A program made the position numbers and the translations under genes. From positions 12,765 to 76,764 of the forward strand of contig CACNRH010000001.1 in the NCBI GenBank assembly GCA_902622825.1: 64,000 nt of DNA. The letters run 5' to 3'. Below are positions 42,207 to 50,284 of the stretch, piece by piece; positions within the stretch are counted from its first letter, which is position 1, and every line of letters begins with the position of its first letter. The stretch comes from an uncultured Pelagibacteraceae bacterium. GTDB taxonomy: Bacteria > Pseudomonadota > Alphaproteobacteria > Pelagibacterales > Pelagibacteraceae. The notes under the pieces were generated by a model that saw only the letters and a list, made by a program, of their open reading frames with translations, did no database searches and was not told where the DNA came from.

Positions 42207-43031
42207 AAACAGTCAATCACTGCAGATAACGCAAGAAACGATTCTGAATTAAAATTTGGAACGTCTTACGGAACTATTTCAATGACATCAACTGGAACTC
42301 CAATTGATGCAATTGACAATAAAACTCCAACTGCATTTGAAGAAGGTTTCCATGGTGCAACAACTTGGACACAAGTTGGTCAAAACGATGGATCTTTCGG
42401 TATAAGATTTACAAATGCTGACATCCTTCCATTAGGATTAAAACTTGATGCAATGTTCTTCCCAACAGTAGGTGCGGGTGACGCAGCGACTGACGAAGGT
42501 ACATCTGGAACGTCTAATGCAAATTATGACAATTCATACGAGATAGTAGTATCAGGTGATGTTCCAATGGTAGACGGTGCAAGCTTTGGTTTAGGTTATG
42601 CAACTGCAGACACATATGTAACATCAAGAGGTGACCGTGAAGAAGGTACAGCGTATGTTAATTATTCATACGGCCCACTTTCACTTGGTGCACAAGTTGG
42701 TGTTGTAGCATTTGACATCAAAACACAAACAGATGGTGCTACAGATGTTGAGTGGTACAAAAACACGTACTACGGTGTATCATACGCGGTAAATGATAAT
42801 TTATCAGTATCATACCAAAATAACGAGTCTGTAAAACACTCAAGAATAGATGGTACAACAACTATGGATGGTTCAATGGGTACAAGCGTACTTCAAGAGT
42901 CAGATGGTTTCAGTGTATCATACACACTTGGTGGTATGACAATAGCTTACGTAGATAACAGCCATGACAACGAGTCTTACGGTTCTACTTCAAAGGACTA
43001 TAGACAGATTGTTTTAGGTGTTGCATTCTAA
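41994..43031 (+). CDS. outer-membrane porin, copy 1 (345 aa)
   Basis: AAGGA SD; signal peptide ending ANA-G; GSTELDDG, alternating beta strands, C-terminal LGVAF; true start 41994. Confidence 0.9.
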   Translation: MKTLRKILLSTVLTVFAFVPANAGEMTLSGSMEISATTGLSGSNSGGRLGQENELSVTGSTELDDGTTVSYKQSITADNARNDSELKFGTSYGTISMTSTGTPIDAIDNKTPTAFEEGFHGATTWTQVGQNDGSFGIRFTNADILPLGLKLDAMFFPTVGAGDAATDEGTSGTSNANYDNSYEIVVSGDVPMVDGASFGLGYATADTYVTSRGDREEGTAYVNYSYGPLSLGAQVGVVAFDIKTQTDGATDVEWYKNTYYGVSYAVNDNLSVSYQNNESVKHSRIDGTTTMDGSMGTSVLQESDGFSVSYTLGGMTIAYVDNSHDNESYGSTSKDYRQIVLGVAF

Positions 43032-43049
43032 AGTAGGTAATTAAATTTT

Positions 43050-43073
43050 GAAGCCGGTAGAAATACCGGCTTC
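43050..43073 (+). other. inter-porin stem-loop without U-tract
   Basis: GAAGCCGGTA-GAAA-TACCGGCTTC, 10-bp stem with GNRA tetraloop, followed by A-rich sequence. Confidence 0.8.
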
Positions 43074-43092
43074 TAAAAATAAAAAATCAAAG

Positions 43093-43317
43093 AAGGAAAA
43101 TACGATGAAAACATTAAGAAAAATATTGTTATCAACTGTGTTGACTGTTTTTGCATTCGTACCAGCTAACGCTGGCGAAATGACTCTTTCTGGTAGTATG
43201 GAAATTTCAGCTACTACAGGTTTATCAGGAGCAAATTCTGGTGGTAGACTTGGACAAGAGAACGAGTTAACTGTAAAAGGTTCAACTGAGTTAGACGATG
43301 GAACAACAGTTTCATAC
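43093..43317 (+). repeat. near-identical direct repeat, copy 2 (SD plus first 71 codons of porin 2)
   Basis: Paired with 41982-42206; period 1111 bp. Confidence 0.92.
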
Positions 43318-44145
43318 GAACAAACTCTTACAGGAGATAACGCAAGAAACGATTCCAAATTATCATTTGGAACGTCTTACGGAACTATCGAAATGACATC
43401 AAGAGGAACTCCGATTGATGCAATCGATAACGTTGTGCCAACTGCATTTGAAGAAGCCTTTCATGGCTCAAGTTCATGGGTGAACGTGGGTGTCAATGAT
43501 GGAGATTTTGGTATTAGATTAACTAATTCTGAAATTCTTCCATTAGGTTTAACTTTAGATGCAATGTACGTCCCAACATCAGGTTCTGGTGACGCAGCGA
43601 CTGACGAAGGTACATCTGGAACATCAGATGGAGACTACGAGAAAGCTTATGAAGTTGTAGTTAAAGGTAATGTACCAATGGTAGATGGTGCAAGCTTCGG
43701 TATAGGTTACTCAGAAATCTCAACTTATTTAACTTCACAAGGAGATGCGCAAGAAGGTACAGCATATTTAAAATATGCTTACGGACCTTTGACAGTTGGT
43801 GCTCAAATAGGTGTAGTAGGTTTTGATAAGAAAACTACATCATCTGATGAGTCTTTTATAGATTGGTACAAAAACACATTTTACGGTGCATCTTATGCTG
43901 TAAATGACAACTTAACAATTTCATACCAAATGAATAAGTCGCAACAACATACTAGACTTGACGGTAATACAACTGTAGACGGATCACATGGTTCTAGCGT
44001 TGAACAAGAGTCAGATGGTTTTAGCGTTGCTTACACATTGGGTGGAATGACAATTGCTTACGTTGATAACAGTCATGATAACGAAGGTTATAATGATGGT
44101 ACAAGCAAAGATTACAGACAAGTTGTGTTAGGCGTAGCGTTCTAA
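43105..44145 (+). CDS. outer-membrane porin, copy 2 (346 aa)
   Basis: Paralog of copy 1 with identical signal peptide; C-terminal LGVAF; true start 43105. Confidence 0.9.
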   Translation: MKTLRKILLSTVLTVFAFVPANAGEMTLSGSMEISATTGLSGANSGGRLGQENELTVKGSTELDDGTTVSYEQTLTGDNARNDSKLSFGTSYGTIEMTSRGTPIDAIDNVVPTAFEEAFHGSSSWVNVGVNDGDFGIRLTNSEILPLGLTLDAMYVPTSGSGDAATDEGTSGTSDGDYEKAYEVVVKGNVPMVDGASFGIGYSEISTYLTSQGDAQEGTAYLKYAYGPLTVGAQIGVVGFDKKTTSSDESFIDWYKNTFYGASYAVNDNLTISYQMNKSQQHTRLDGNTTVDGSHGSSVEQESDGFSVAYTLGGMTIAYVDNSHDNEGYNDGTSKDYRQVVLGVAF

Positions 44146-44163
44146 TTTAAAAACTTTAATTAT

Positions 44164-44721
44164 TTAAAAAAGCCGGCGTAGTATTTTAGCCGGCTTTTTT
44201 TTTACTTCTGATAAAAATGCTGCGCTACGTGAGTCCAATGAGTTCAACTTATTTAAATTAGATAAATTAATCCCACCTAAAGGTATTAGTTCTCTCTTAT
44301 TATCTATCAAATTAAACTTTATAATACCCCAAAAAGTTTTTTTATTTAAGTAATTCGTTTTAAACAACCGTGAAAAAATAATCTTTTCACATCCTTGCCA
44401 AATTTTTAAATTTATTTCTTTATTATTATGAGAGGCGCCAATAATTTCTTTAAAGCTTCTTAATATTTTCTTTTTATTAAAAGACGAAACATATAACCCA
44501 TCTGCTTTAATTTTAATAGCTAACTTTTCATCATTTGCTAAGTAAAATTTAATAGATTTAGCTTGGCATTTTTTTCGGAACTTTCTAATTAATTCAAGCT
44601 TTTCATTTGCTTTTTTATTTCTATAAATTATTGTAAATTTATATCTTTTATTTATTTTTTTTAGGTCAATATCGTTTGTATTTTCTATATATAAATAATA
44701 TTGTTTTTTTAAAATTGTCAT
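44164..44721 (-). CDS. thiamine-phosphate synthase-like (ThiE/TenI fold), divergent
   Basis: IIYR, .AND..LA....ADG.Y, IG.SHN..E, .S.LF.T, .PLGGI. Confidence 0.7.
   Translation of the reverse strand: MTILKKQYYLYIENTNDIDLKKINKRYKFTIIYRNKKANEKLELIRKFRKKCQAKSIKFYLANDEKLAIKIKADGLYVSSFNKKKILRSFKEIIGASHNNKEINLKIWQGCEKIIFSRLFKTNYLNKKTFWGIIKFNLIDNKRELIPLGGINLSNLNKLNSLDSRSAAFLSEVKKKPAKILRRLF
44166..44203 (+). terminator. intrinsic terminator of the porin transcript, overlapping the end of the convergent gene
   Basis: AAAAAAGCCGGC-N11-GCCGGCTTTTTTTTT. Confidence 0.85.
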
Positions 44722-45372
44722 ATGTCTATTGTATTAAAAAATTATAATAATTTGATTTTAAATATAAATCAAAAATATGATAGTAACAAAATCAATATTA
44801 TTGCAGTAAGCAAAACCTTTTCGTTAGATTATATTAAACCTTTGATTGACGTAGGACATATTCATTTTGGTGAGAATAAAGTTCAAGAAGCTTTGAACAA
44901 ATGGACTGAGATAAAAAAAGAAAATAAGAAGATAAAGTTACACATGGTTGGAAAGCTTCAAAGAAATAAAGTCAAAAAATCTTTGCAGCTTTTTGATTAT
45001 ATTCATTCATTAGATAATATTAAGTTAGCTGACACAATTGCTTTAGAGGAAAAAAAACTTAATAAAAAATTAAAATATTTCATACAAGTTAATGTAGGTA
45101 ATGAAGAACAAAAGGCAGGTGTTAGTTTAGATAACACATCTGAATTTGTTAATTACTGTGTCAAAAAATTGGGACTAGATGTAATAGGTTTAATGGCATT
45201 GCCACCGCAGTCATCTGATACAACTAAATATTTTAAAATAGTTTCAGAATTAAACAACAAACTTAAATTTAAGGATTTGAGTCTAGGAATGTCTGCAGAT
45301 TATATCGAGGCAATTAAGTATAATTCAACCTTCATAAGAGTTGGTTCTACAATATTTGGAAATAGAGGTTAG
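44722..45372 (+). CDS. yggS: PLP homeostasis protein YggS
   Basis: IAVSKT, FGENKVQEA, HMVG.LQ.NK, IHSLD, GLM..PP, LSLGMS.DY, RVGS.IFG. Confidence 0.95.
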   Translation: MSIVLKNYNNLILNINQKYDSNKINIIAVSKTFSLDYIKPLIDVGHIHFGENKVQEALNKWTEIKKENKKIKLHMVGKLQRNKVKKSLQLFDYIHSLDNIKLADTIALEEKKLNKKLKYFIQVNVGNEEQKAGVSLDNTSEFVNYCVKKLGLDVIGLMALPPQSSDTTKYFKIVSELNNKLKFKDLSLGMSADYIEAIKYNSTFIRVGSTIFGNRG

Positions 45373-45860
45373 ATAATTTTAATCTTATCACCTTTAGATA
45401 TCTTTTTTAAAAAAAATTTGATGTCATTTTTTGACATCGCAATGCATCCTTTTGTAGGACTATAATTTCTCTTCGCGATATGAATGAATATCGCACTCCC
45501 TCTTTTTTTTATTGTTGGACTCTTATTGTAACTGATTTCTATAATTATATCGTAAATATTATCAGACCTATATAAATTTTCAGCCCTGTAGTTAAAAGGA
45601 AACTTAATTTCTTTATTGTAATCTTTAGACCTGAAGTCATCGCACCATCCCATGCTTTTCTTAATAATTTTCTTCTTTAAATTTGTTTTAAGCTTGTCAA
45701 TTCGATCTTTACGGTAATATACACCTATAAATCTATATGTTCCTATGGGAGTAAATTTATCACCCTCTCGTTTATTTTTTTTTGTTCCTCTTTTACCTAT
45801 AGCGCATTTTAGATTATAATTATCAATATTAATGAATTTATTTTTTAAAGTGAAAATCAT
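45369..45860 (-). CDS. L,D-transpeptidase-like (YkuD) protein
   Basis: CAIG..G, K.EGD..TP.G, WCDD, GSAIF.H, T.GCIA. Confidence 0.88.
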   Translation of the reverse strand: MIFTLKNKFINIDNYNLKCAIGKRGTKKNKREGDKFTPIGTYRFIGVYYRKDRIDKLKTNLKKKIIKKSMGWCDDFRSKDYNKEIKFPFNYRAENLYRSDNIYDIIIEISYNKSPTIKKRGSAIFIHIAKRNYSPTKGCIAMSKNDIKFFLKKISKGDKIKII

Positions 45861-46487
45861 ATGTCATCAAGTATAAACGTAATTTCAATAGGTAACAAAG
45901 AATTTAATTTATCTTTAATGGAAGTAAAGCAATTTTTAAAATTCAATTTATTTGTCGAAGATGATTTTAGGGAAAACATCAATTTTGAGAATTATGATGT
46001 GATAATGATACACAAAAAAAAATTAGACAAGGAAAAAATTGATTTTTTAAATAGATTAGAGAAGATAATAGTTCTTATTTCTGAGAGAGAAACTAAACTT
46101 TTTTCAAATAAATTTAGTATAATAAAGTTACCTGTAAAGCTTGATGATATAAACTCTATAATTTTAAATTTAGATATAAAAAAAAAATTTAGTATTAATT
46201 CATCAATTAAGATTAAGGATTTTACTTTAAACATAAATGATAGAAAAATTTCTAGAAATAACGAATTTATAGAAATAACAGAGAAAGAGATAGAGTTAAT
46301 AAAGATTTTGTTGAATAGCAAAATTCCAGTTAAAAAGGATAAAATATTAAATTCTGTATGGAAGTATTCTAAGGATGCCGATACACATACTGTCGAAACA
46401 CATATTTATAGATTAAGAAAAAAAATGAAAGACAAATTTAATGAGCAAAATTTTATTATAAATAAAAAAGATGGTTATATAATTTGA
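45861..46487 (+). CDS. OmpR-type winged-helix regulator, CenR-like, degenerate receiver
   Basis: C-terminal TEKE...VW.Y....THTVETHIYRLRKK; yggS/YkuD neighbourhood; receiver lacks acidic pocket. Confidence 0.78.
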   Translation: MSSSINVISIGNKEFNLSLMEVKQFLKFNLFVEDDFRENINFENYDVIMIHKKKLDKEKIDFLNRLEKIIVLISERETKLFSNKFSIIKLPVKLDDINSIILNLDIKKKFSINSSIKIKDFTLNINDRKISRNNEFIEITEKEIELIKILLNSKIPVKKDKILNSVWKYSKDADTHTVETHIYRLRKKMKDKFNEQNFIINKKDGYII

Positions 46488-46606
46488 AAAAGAGAAATAA
46501 AATAGCTAAGGATTTACTAACTCCAAAGTACAGAAAACGAGTAGTAAAGCCCAAAAAAGGAAAAGGAAGTTTCTCACGAAAATCTATTAAACAAAAATTA
46601 ATCTAA
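46484..46606 (+). CDS. arfA: 40-aa ArfA-like alternative ribosome-rescue factor (not in ORF track)
   Basis: TTG start overlapping regulator stop (TTGA); MKKRNKIAKDLLTPKYRKRVVKPKKGKGSFSRKSIKQKLI; ArfA core P..R.RV.K.KKGKGS[YF].RK. Confidence 0.75.
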   Translation: MKKRNKIAKDLLTPKYRKRVVKPKKGKGSFSRKSIKQKLI

Positions 46607-47527
46607 TCTAGCTCCAATTTTTTGAATTATTTTAGAAGATAGCTCATTTCCATTTTCAAGACATTTAGAAAAAGAGAAACCATTAATATATCCATGTAAG
46701 AAACCTGCCGCAAATAAATCACCAGCACCGGTTAAGTCAACAATATTAAGACCTTTTTTTGCCTTACATTCAATGATTTCCTCACCAAAAATTAATAAAG
46801 CTCCATTTTCACCACGCGTAATAATAAACATTTTTTTAATTTGCTTTGAGAAGTTGATTATATCTTGAAAAGAATTAGCATTAGATAAAGATTTAATTTC
46901 TTGTTCATTTGCAAAAACAATATCAAGTTTACTCTTAACCAAATTAAGAAAATCTTTCTTGTGTCTTTCTACGCAAAAAATATCAGATAGGGACATCGCT
47001 GTTATTGATGAATATTCAATTGCTAAATCAAAAGCAGTTTTTGGATCACCCTTATCCCATAAATACCCCTCTAATAAAACAATTTTGCTTTTTTTAACTG
47101 CATTAATATCAATATCACTTTTACTAATTGCACCAGCAGTTCCTAAATAAGTACACATAGTTCTTTCTGAGTCCGGCGTAACTAATATTAAACACGTGCC
47201 TGTCGGAATCATTTCTTTTTTTTTATTATAATAATACTTTACATTTTCTCTTATTAATCCCTCTTCATATTTTGATCCAAATCTGTCATCACTTACTTTA
47301 CCAATAAATCCTACCTCATTACCTAATTGTGAAAGACCAACAATTGAATTTGCGACAGATCCCCCAGAGACTGTCTTTTCAATCTTTAATTTATCTAAAA
47401 GTCTGTCGAGCTCATCTTTGTCAATAAGCTTCATAGTGCTTTTTATTAAATTATTTTTTTTAATGAAATTATCTTCCACTTTACAAATCACGTCGATAAT
47501 AGCGTTGCCAATACCTAAGACTTTCAT
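46598..47527 (-). CDS. PfkB-family (adenosine kinase-like) kinase
   Basis: GIGNAIID, SGGSVAN, ERTM.T.LG, LEGYLWD, DLTGAGDLFAAG; start likely 47527. Confidence 0.9.
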   Translation of the reverse strand: MKVLGIGNAIIDVICKVEDNFIKKNNLIKSTMKLIDKDELDRLLDKLKIEKTVSGGSVANSIVGLSQLGNEVGFIGKVSDDRFGSKYEEGLIRENVKYYYNKKKEMIPTGTCLILVTPDSERTMCTYLGTAGAISKSDIDINAVKKSKIVLLEGYLWDKGDPKTAFDLAIEYSSITAMSLSDIFCVERHKKDFLNLVKSKLDIVFANEQEIKSLSNANSFQDIINFSKQIKKMFIITRGENGALLIFGEEIIECKAKKGLNIVDLTGAGDLFAAGFLHGYINGFSFSKCLENGNELSSKIIQKIGARLD

Positions 47528-47528
47528 A

Positions 47529-48182
47529 TCATGCTTTCTTTGCAATAAATTTTTTTACTCTATTTGGGTAGCAGCTTTTACAGATTTTGCAAGTAATGCC
47601 AAAACAGTCTCTTGCTTTACAATATTCTCTACCATACCAAATAATTTGTAAGTGTAATTTATTCCAATGTTTTTTTGGAAAAATAGACTTCAGATCTTTT
47701 TCGGTTTGGACAACATTTTTACCACTAGTTAGACCCCATCTTTGAGCAAGACGGTGTATATGTGTGTCAACTGGAAAGGCAGGATGCCCAAACCCTTGAG
47801 ACATCACTACACTTGCCGTTTTATGACCAACGCCAGGTAATTGTTCTAAAGCTTCGTATGTATTCGGAACTTTCCCGTTGTACCTCTTCACCAGTATTTT
47901 AGATAAAAAATAAATGCTTTTAGCTTTTACTCTGAAAATTCCGATTTTTTTTATTAGGTTTTCAATTTTTTTTCTGCCTAATTTAACAAAATGTTCTGGA
48001 CGATTATATTTAGGATAAATATTTTTTGTAACATTATTTACATTCACGTCAGTACATTGAGCTGAGAGTAGAACTGAAATTAATAATGTAAACGTGTTTT
48101 TATACGTTAATGGCACAGGCACATTAGGGTAAATCTTATCTAAAATCTTTAAAATTATTTTGGACTTTTCTCTATTATTCAC
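47529..48182 (-). CDS. nth: endonuclease III
   Basis: LLSAQCTD, LPGVGHKTA, PVDTHI.R, GR..C.A..C....C..C. Confidence 0.95.
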   Translation of the reverse strand: MNNREKSKIILKILDKIYPNVPVPLTYKNTFTLLISVLLSAQCTDVNVNNVTKNIYPKYNRPEHFVKLGRKKIENLIKKIGIFRVKAKSIYFLSKILVKRYNGKVPNTYEALEQLPGVGHKTASVVMSQGFGHPAFPVDTHIHRLAQRWGLTSGKNVVQTEKDLKSIFPKKHWNKLHLQIIWYGREYCKARDCFGITCKICKSCYPNRVKKFIAKKA

Positions 48183-48959
48183 TTAATTAAAATTTAAAAG
48201 ATCTCTCATTGAAAAAAGACCAGATTTTTTCTTCATTATCCAAATTGCAGCAACTAGTGCACCTTCAGAATAAAGAGCTCTATCAAAGGACTCGTGATTT
48301 AAAGTTATTGTCTCTTTACCACTAGAAAATCTTACTTCATGTTCACCGATCACTTGTCCTTTTCTTAAAGAATTAAAATTTATCTTACTAGAATAAGGAA
48401 AATCTTTTTTGTTTAAATATTTTTTTCCAATTAATTTTCCCAGTTTTTTACCTTTTCCAACAGCTATACCCTTTCCAAGCATTAGGGCTGTACCTGAAGG
48501 ATAATCCTTTTTATTTTTATGGTGTACCTCGTAAACCTTACTCAAAAATTTTTTTCCTAAGGATTTAGATGCAATTTCTGTCAAATACATTAATAAGTTA
48601 ACACCCAGGCTCATATTCCCCGCTTTGAGAATAGGTACTTTTTTAGAATATTTTTTGATCAAATTCTCTTGTTTATTAGAAAAACCCGTTGTTCCAATTA
48701 TAACTCTTTTTTTTAATTTTGATGCAAGTTTTAAAACTTCTAAAGTACATTTAGGAGAAGTAAAATCAATTATAACATTAACTTTCTTAAAGGCTTCTAA
48801 ATTATTTTTGGTTGGATACATTCCGGTAATCTTTCTTCTTATAATTTTACTCTCAGTAATTGATACCAATTTAAAACGACTATTCTTTTTAGTTGATTTA
48901 ATAAGTTGCTGCCCCATTCTTCCTAGACAGCCGGTTATAGCTAAGTTGATTTTTTTCAT
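48183..48959 (-). CDS. dapB: 4-hydroxy-tetrahydrodipicolinate reductase
   Basis: G..GRMG, IDFT, GTTG, NMSLG, EVHH..KKD.PSGTA, GEH; start ATG 48959. Confidence 0.95.
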   Translation of the reverse strand: MKKINLAITGCLGRMGQQLIKSTKKNSRFKLVSITESKIIRRKITGMYPTKNNLEAFKKVNVIIDFTSPKCTLEVLKLASKLKKRVIIGTTGFSNKQENLIKKYSKKVPILKAGNMSLGVNLLMYLTEIASKSLGKKFLSKVYEVHHKNKKDYPSGTALMLGKGIAVGKGKKLGKLIGKKYLNKKDFPYSSKINFNSLRKGQVIGEHEVRFSSGKETITLNHESFDRALYSEGALVAAIWIMKKKSGLFSMRDLLNFN

Positions 48960-49126
48960 TATAAAATTATATAAATAATTACAATAATAATTGATACAAT
49001 TACAGCCCAAATAAATAAATTATTTATCATTTGCTTCAGTTTATTATTAGTGGATAAAAATCCCGGCAGAACTAATATTAACACGGCAATTAAAAAAATT
49101 GCCGACATTATTTGATTAGTTTCCAT
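48959..49126 (-). CDS. 55-aa two-TM membrane protein (not in ORF track)
   Basis: METNQIMSAIFLIAVLILVLPGFLSTNNKLKQMINNLFIWAVIVSIIIVIIYIIL; fills the dnaJ-dapB gap, stop overlaps dapB start (TAATG). Confidence 0.75.
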   Translation of the reverse strand: METNQIMSAIFLIAVLILVLPGFLSTNNKLKQMINNLFIWAVIVSIIIVIIYIIL

Positions 49127-49131
49127 TTATT

Positions 49132-50262
49132 CTAAGATTTTTTCCAAAACTTTTTAGCTTTCTCAAAAAAATTTTTAATTACTGGATTAGGCTTTTCAGA
49201 CTCGATTTTTCTAAATTCTTCTAAAAGTTGTTTTTGCTTGGAATTTAAGGAAGTCGGAATTTCTGTAACAATTTTAATATATAAATCTCCAAAGGACCCA
49301 CCTCTAAGCACAGGCATGCCTTTACCTTTAAGTCTAAGTTGTTTACCATGTTGTGTTCCAGGAGGTATTTTAATTTTTGATTTGCCACCATCTATAGAGG
49401 GTACTTCAACAGTAGTGCCTAGAGCAGCATCAGAAATAGTAATTGGAAGTTCATAGTAAAGATTTTCGTCTGATCTCTTAAAAATACTATGATTTTCTAT
49501 TGAGATAAAAAGATATAGATCGCCACTACCGCCGCCTTTAGAGCCAGCTTCACCTTTACCAGTCAGTCTAATCCTAGTGCCGTCGTCAACACCTTTTGGT
49601 ATTTTTACAGATATGTTCTCTTGGCTTTGTGTTTTACCATTGCCTCCACATCTGCTACATGGGTTATTTATACGTTCTCCGTAACCACTGCACTCTGGAC
49701 AAGTTTGTTGAACTGTAAAAAAACCTTGATTAGATCTAACTTTTCCATGGCCATTACAGTAGGCGCACGTAATAGGCTTTGATCCAGGTTCTGAACCATT
49801 TCCAGAGCACTTATTACACTTTCTATAAGTAGTATAATTAATTTTTTTATTTAATCCTTTGAAAGCATCTTCTAGATTTATCGTAACATCGTATCTTAAA
49901 TCATTTCCTCTATTAGAAGACCTTCTTCTAGACCCTCTTGAGCCCCCAAAAATATCATCACCAAAAAAATCTTCGAAGATATCTGAGAAAGATGAGCCAA
50001 AATCGAAATTGCCAAAACCTTGGCCTCCACCGCCACTTTCAAAAGCTGCATGACCAAATTGATCATAGTTAGCTTTTCGCTTATCATCCGATAATACGTG
50101 GTAAGCTTCACTTGCCTCTTTGAACTTGTCTTCTGATACCTTATCGCCCTTATTTTTATCTGGATGATGTTTTAGCGCTAGTTTTCTATATGCTTTCTTG
50201 ATTTCTTCTTTACTAGCGGATTTATTTATACCTAAGATATCATAATAATCTCTTTTAGCCAC
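49132..50262 (-). CDS. dnaJ: chaperone DnaJ
   Basis: J-domain HPD, G/F region, four CxxCxGxG repeats. Confidence 0.98.
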   Translation of the reverse strand: MAKRDYYDILGINKSASKEEIKKAYRKLALKHHPDKNKGDKVSEDKFKEASEAYHVLSDDKRKANYDQFGHAAFESGGGGQGFGNFDFGSSFSDIFEDFFGDDIFGGSRGSRRRSSNRGNDLRYDVTINLEDAFKGLNKKINYTTYRKCNKCSGNGSEPGSKPITCAYCNGHGKVRSNQGFFTVQQTCPECSGYGERINNPCSRCGGNGKTQSQENISVKIPKGVDDGTRIRLTGKGEAGSKGGGSGDLYLFISIENHSIFKRSDENLYYELPITISDAALGTTVEVPSIDGGKSKIKIPPGTQHGKQLRLKGKGMPVLRGGSFGDLYIKIVTEIPTSLNSKQKQLLEEFRKIESEKPNPVIKNFFEKAKKFWKKS

Positions 50263-50284
50263 AGGGAATTACTCCTTTTTTATC

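Noticed and set aside
48960-49010. Cys-rich N-terminal extension of DapB in the ORF track
   Set aside because: This stretch is the other frame of the 55-aa membrane ORF; DapB starts at 48959
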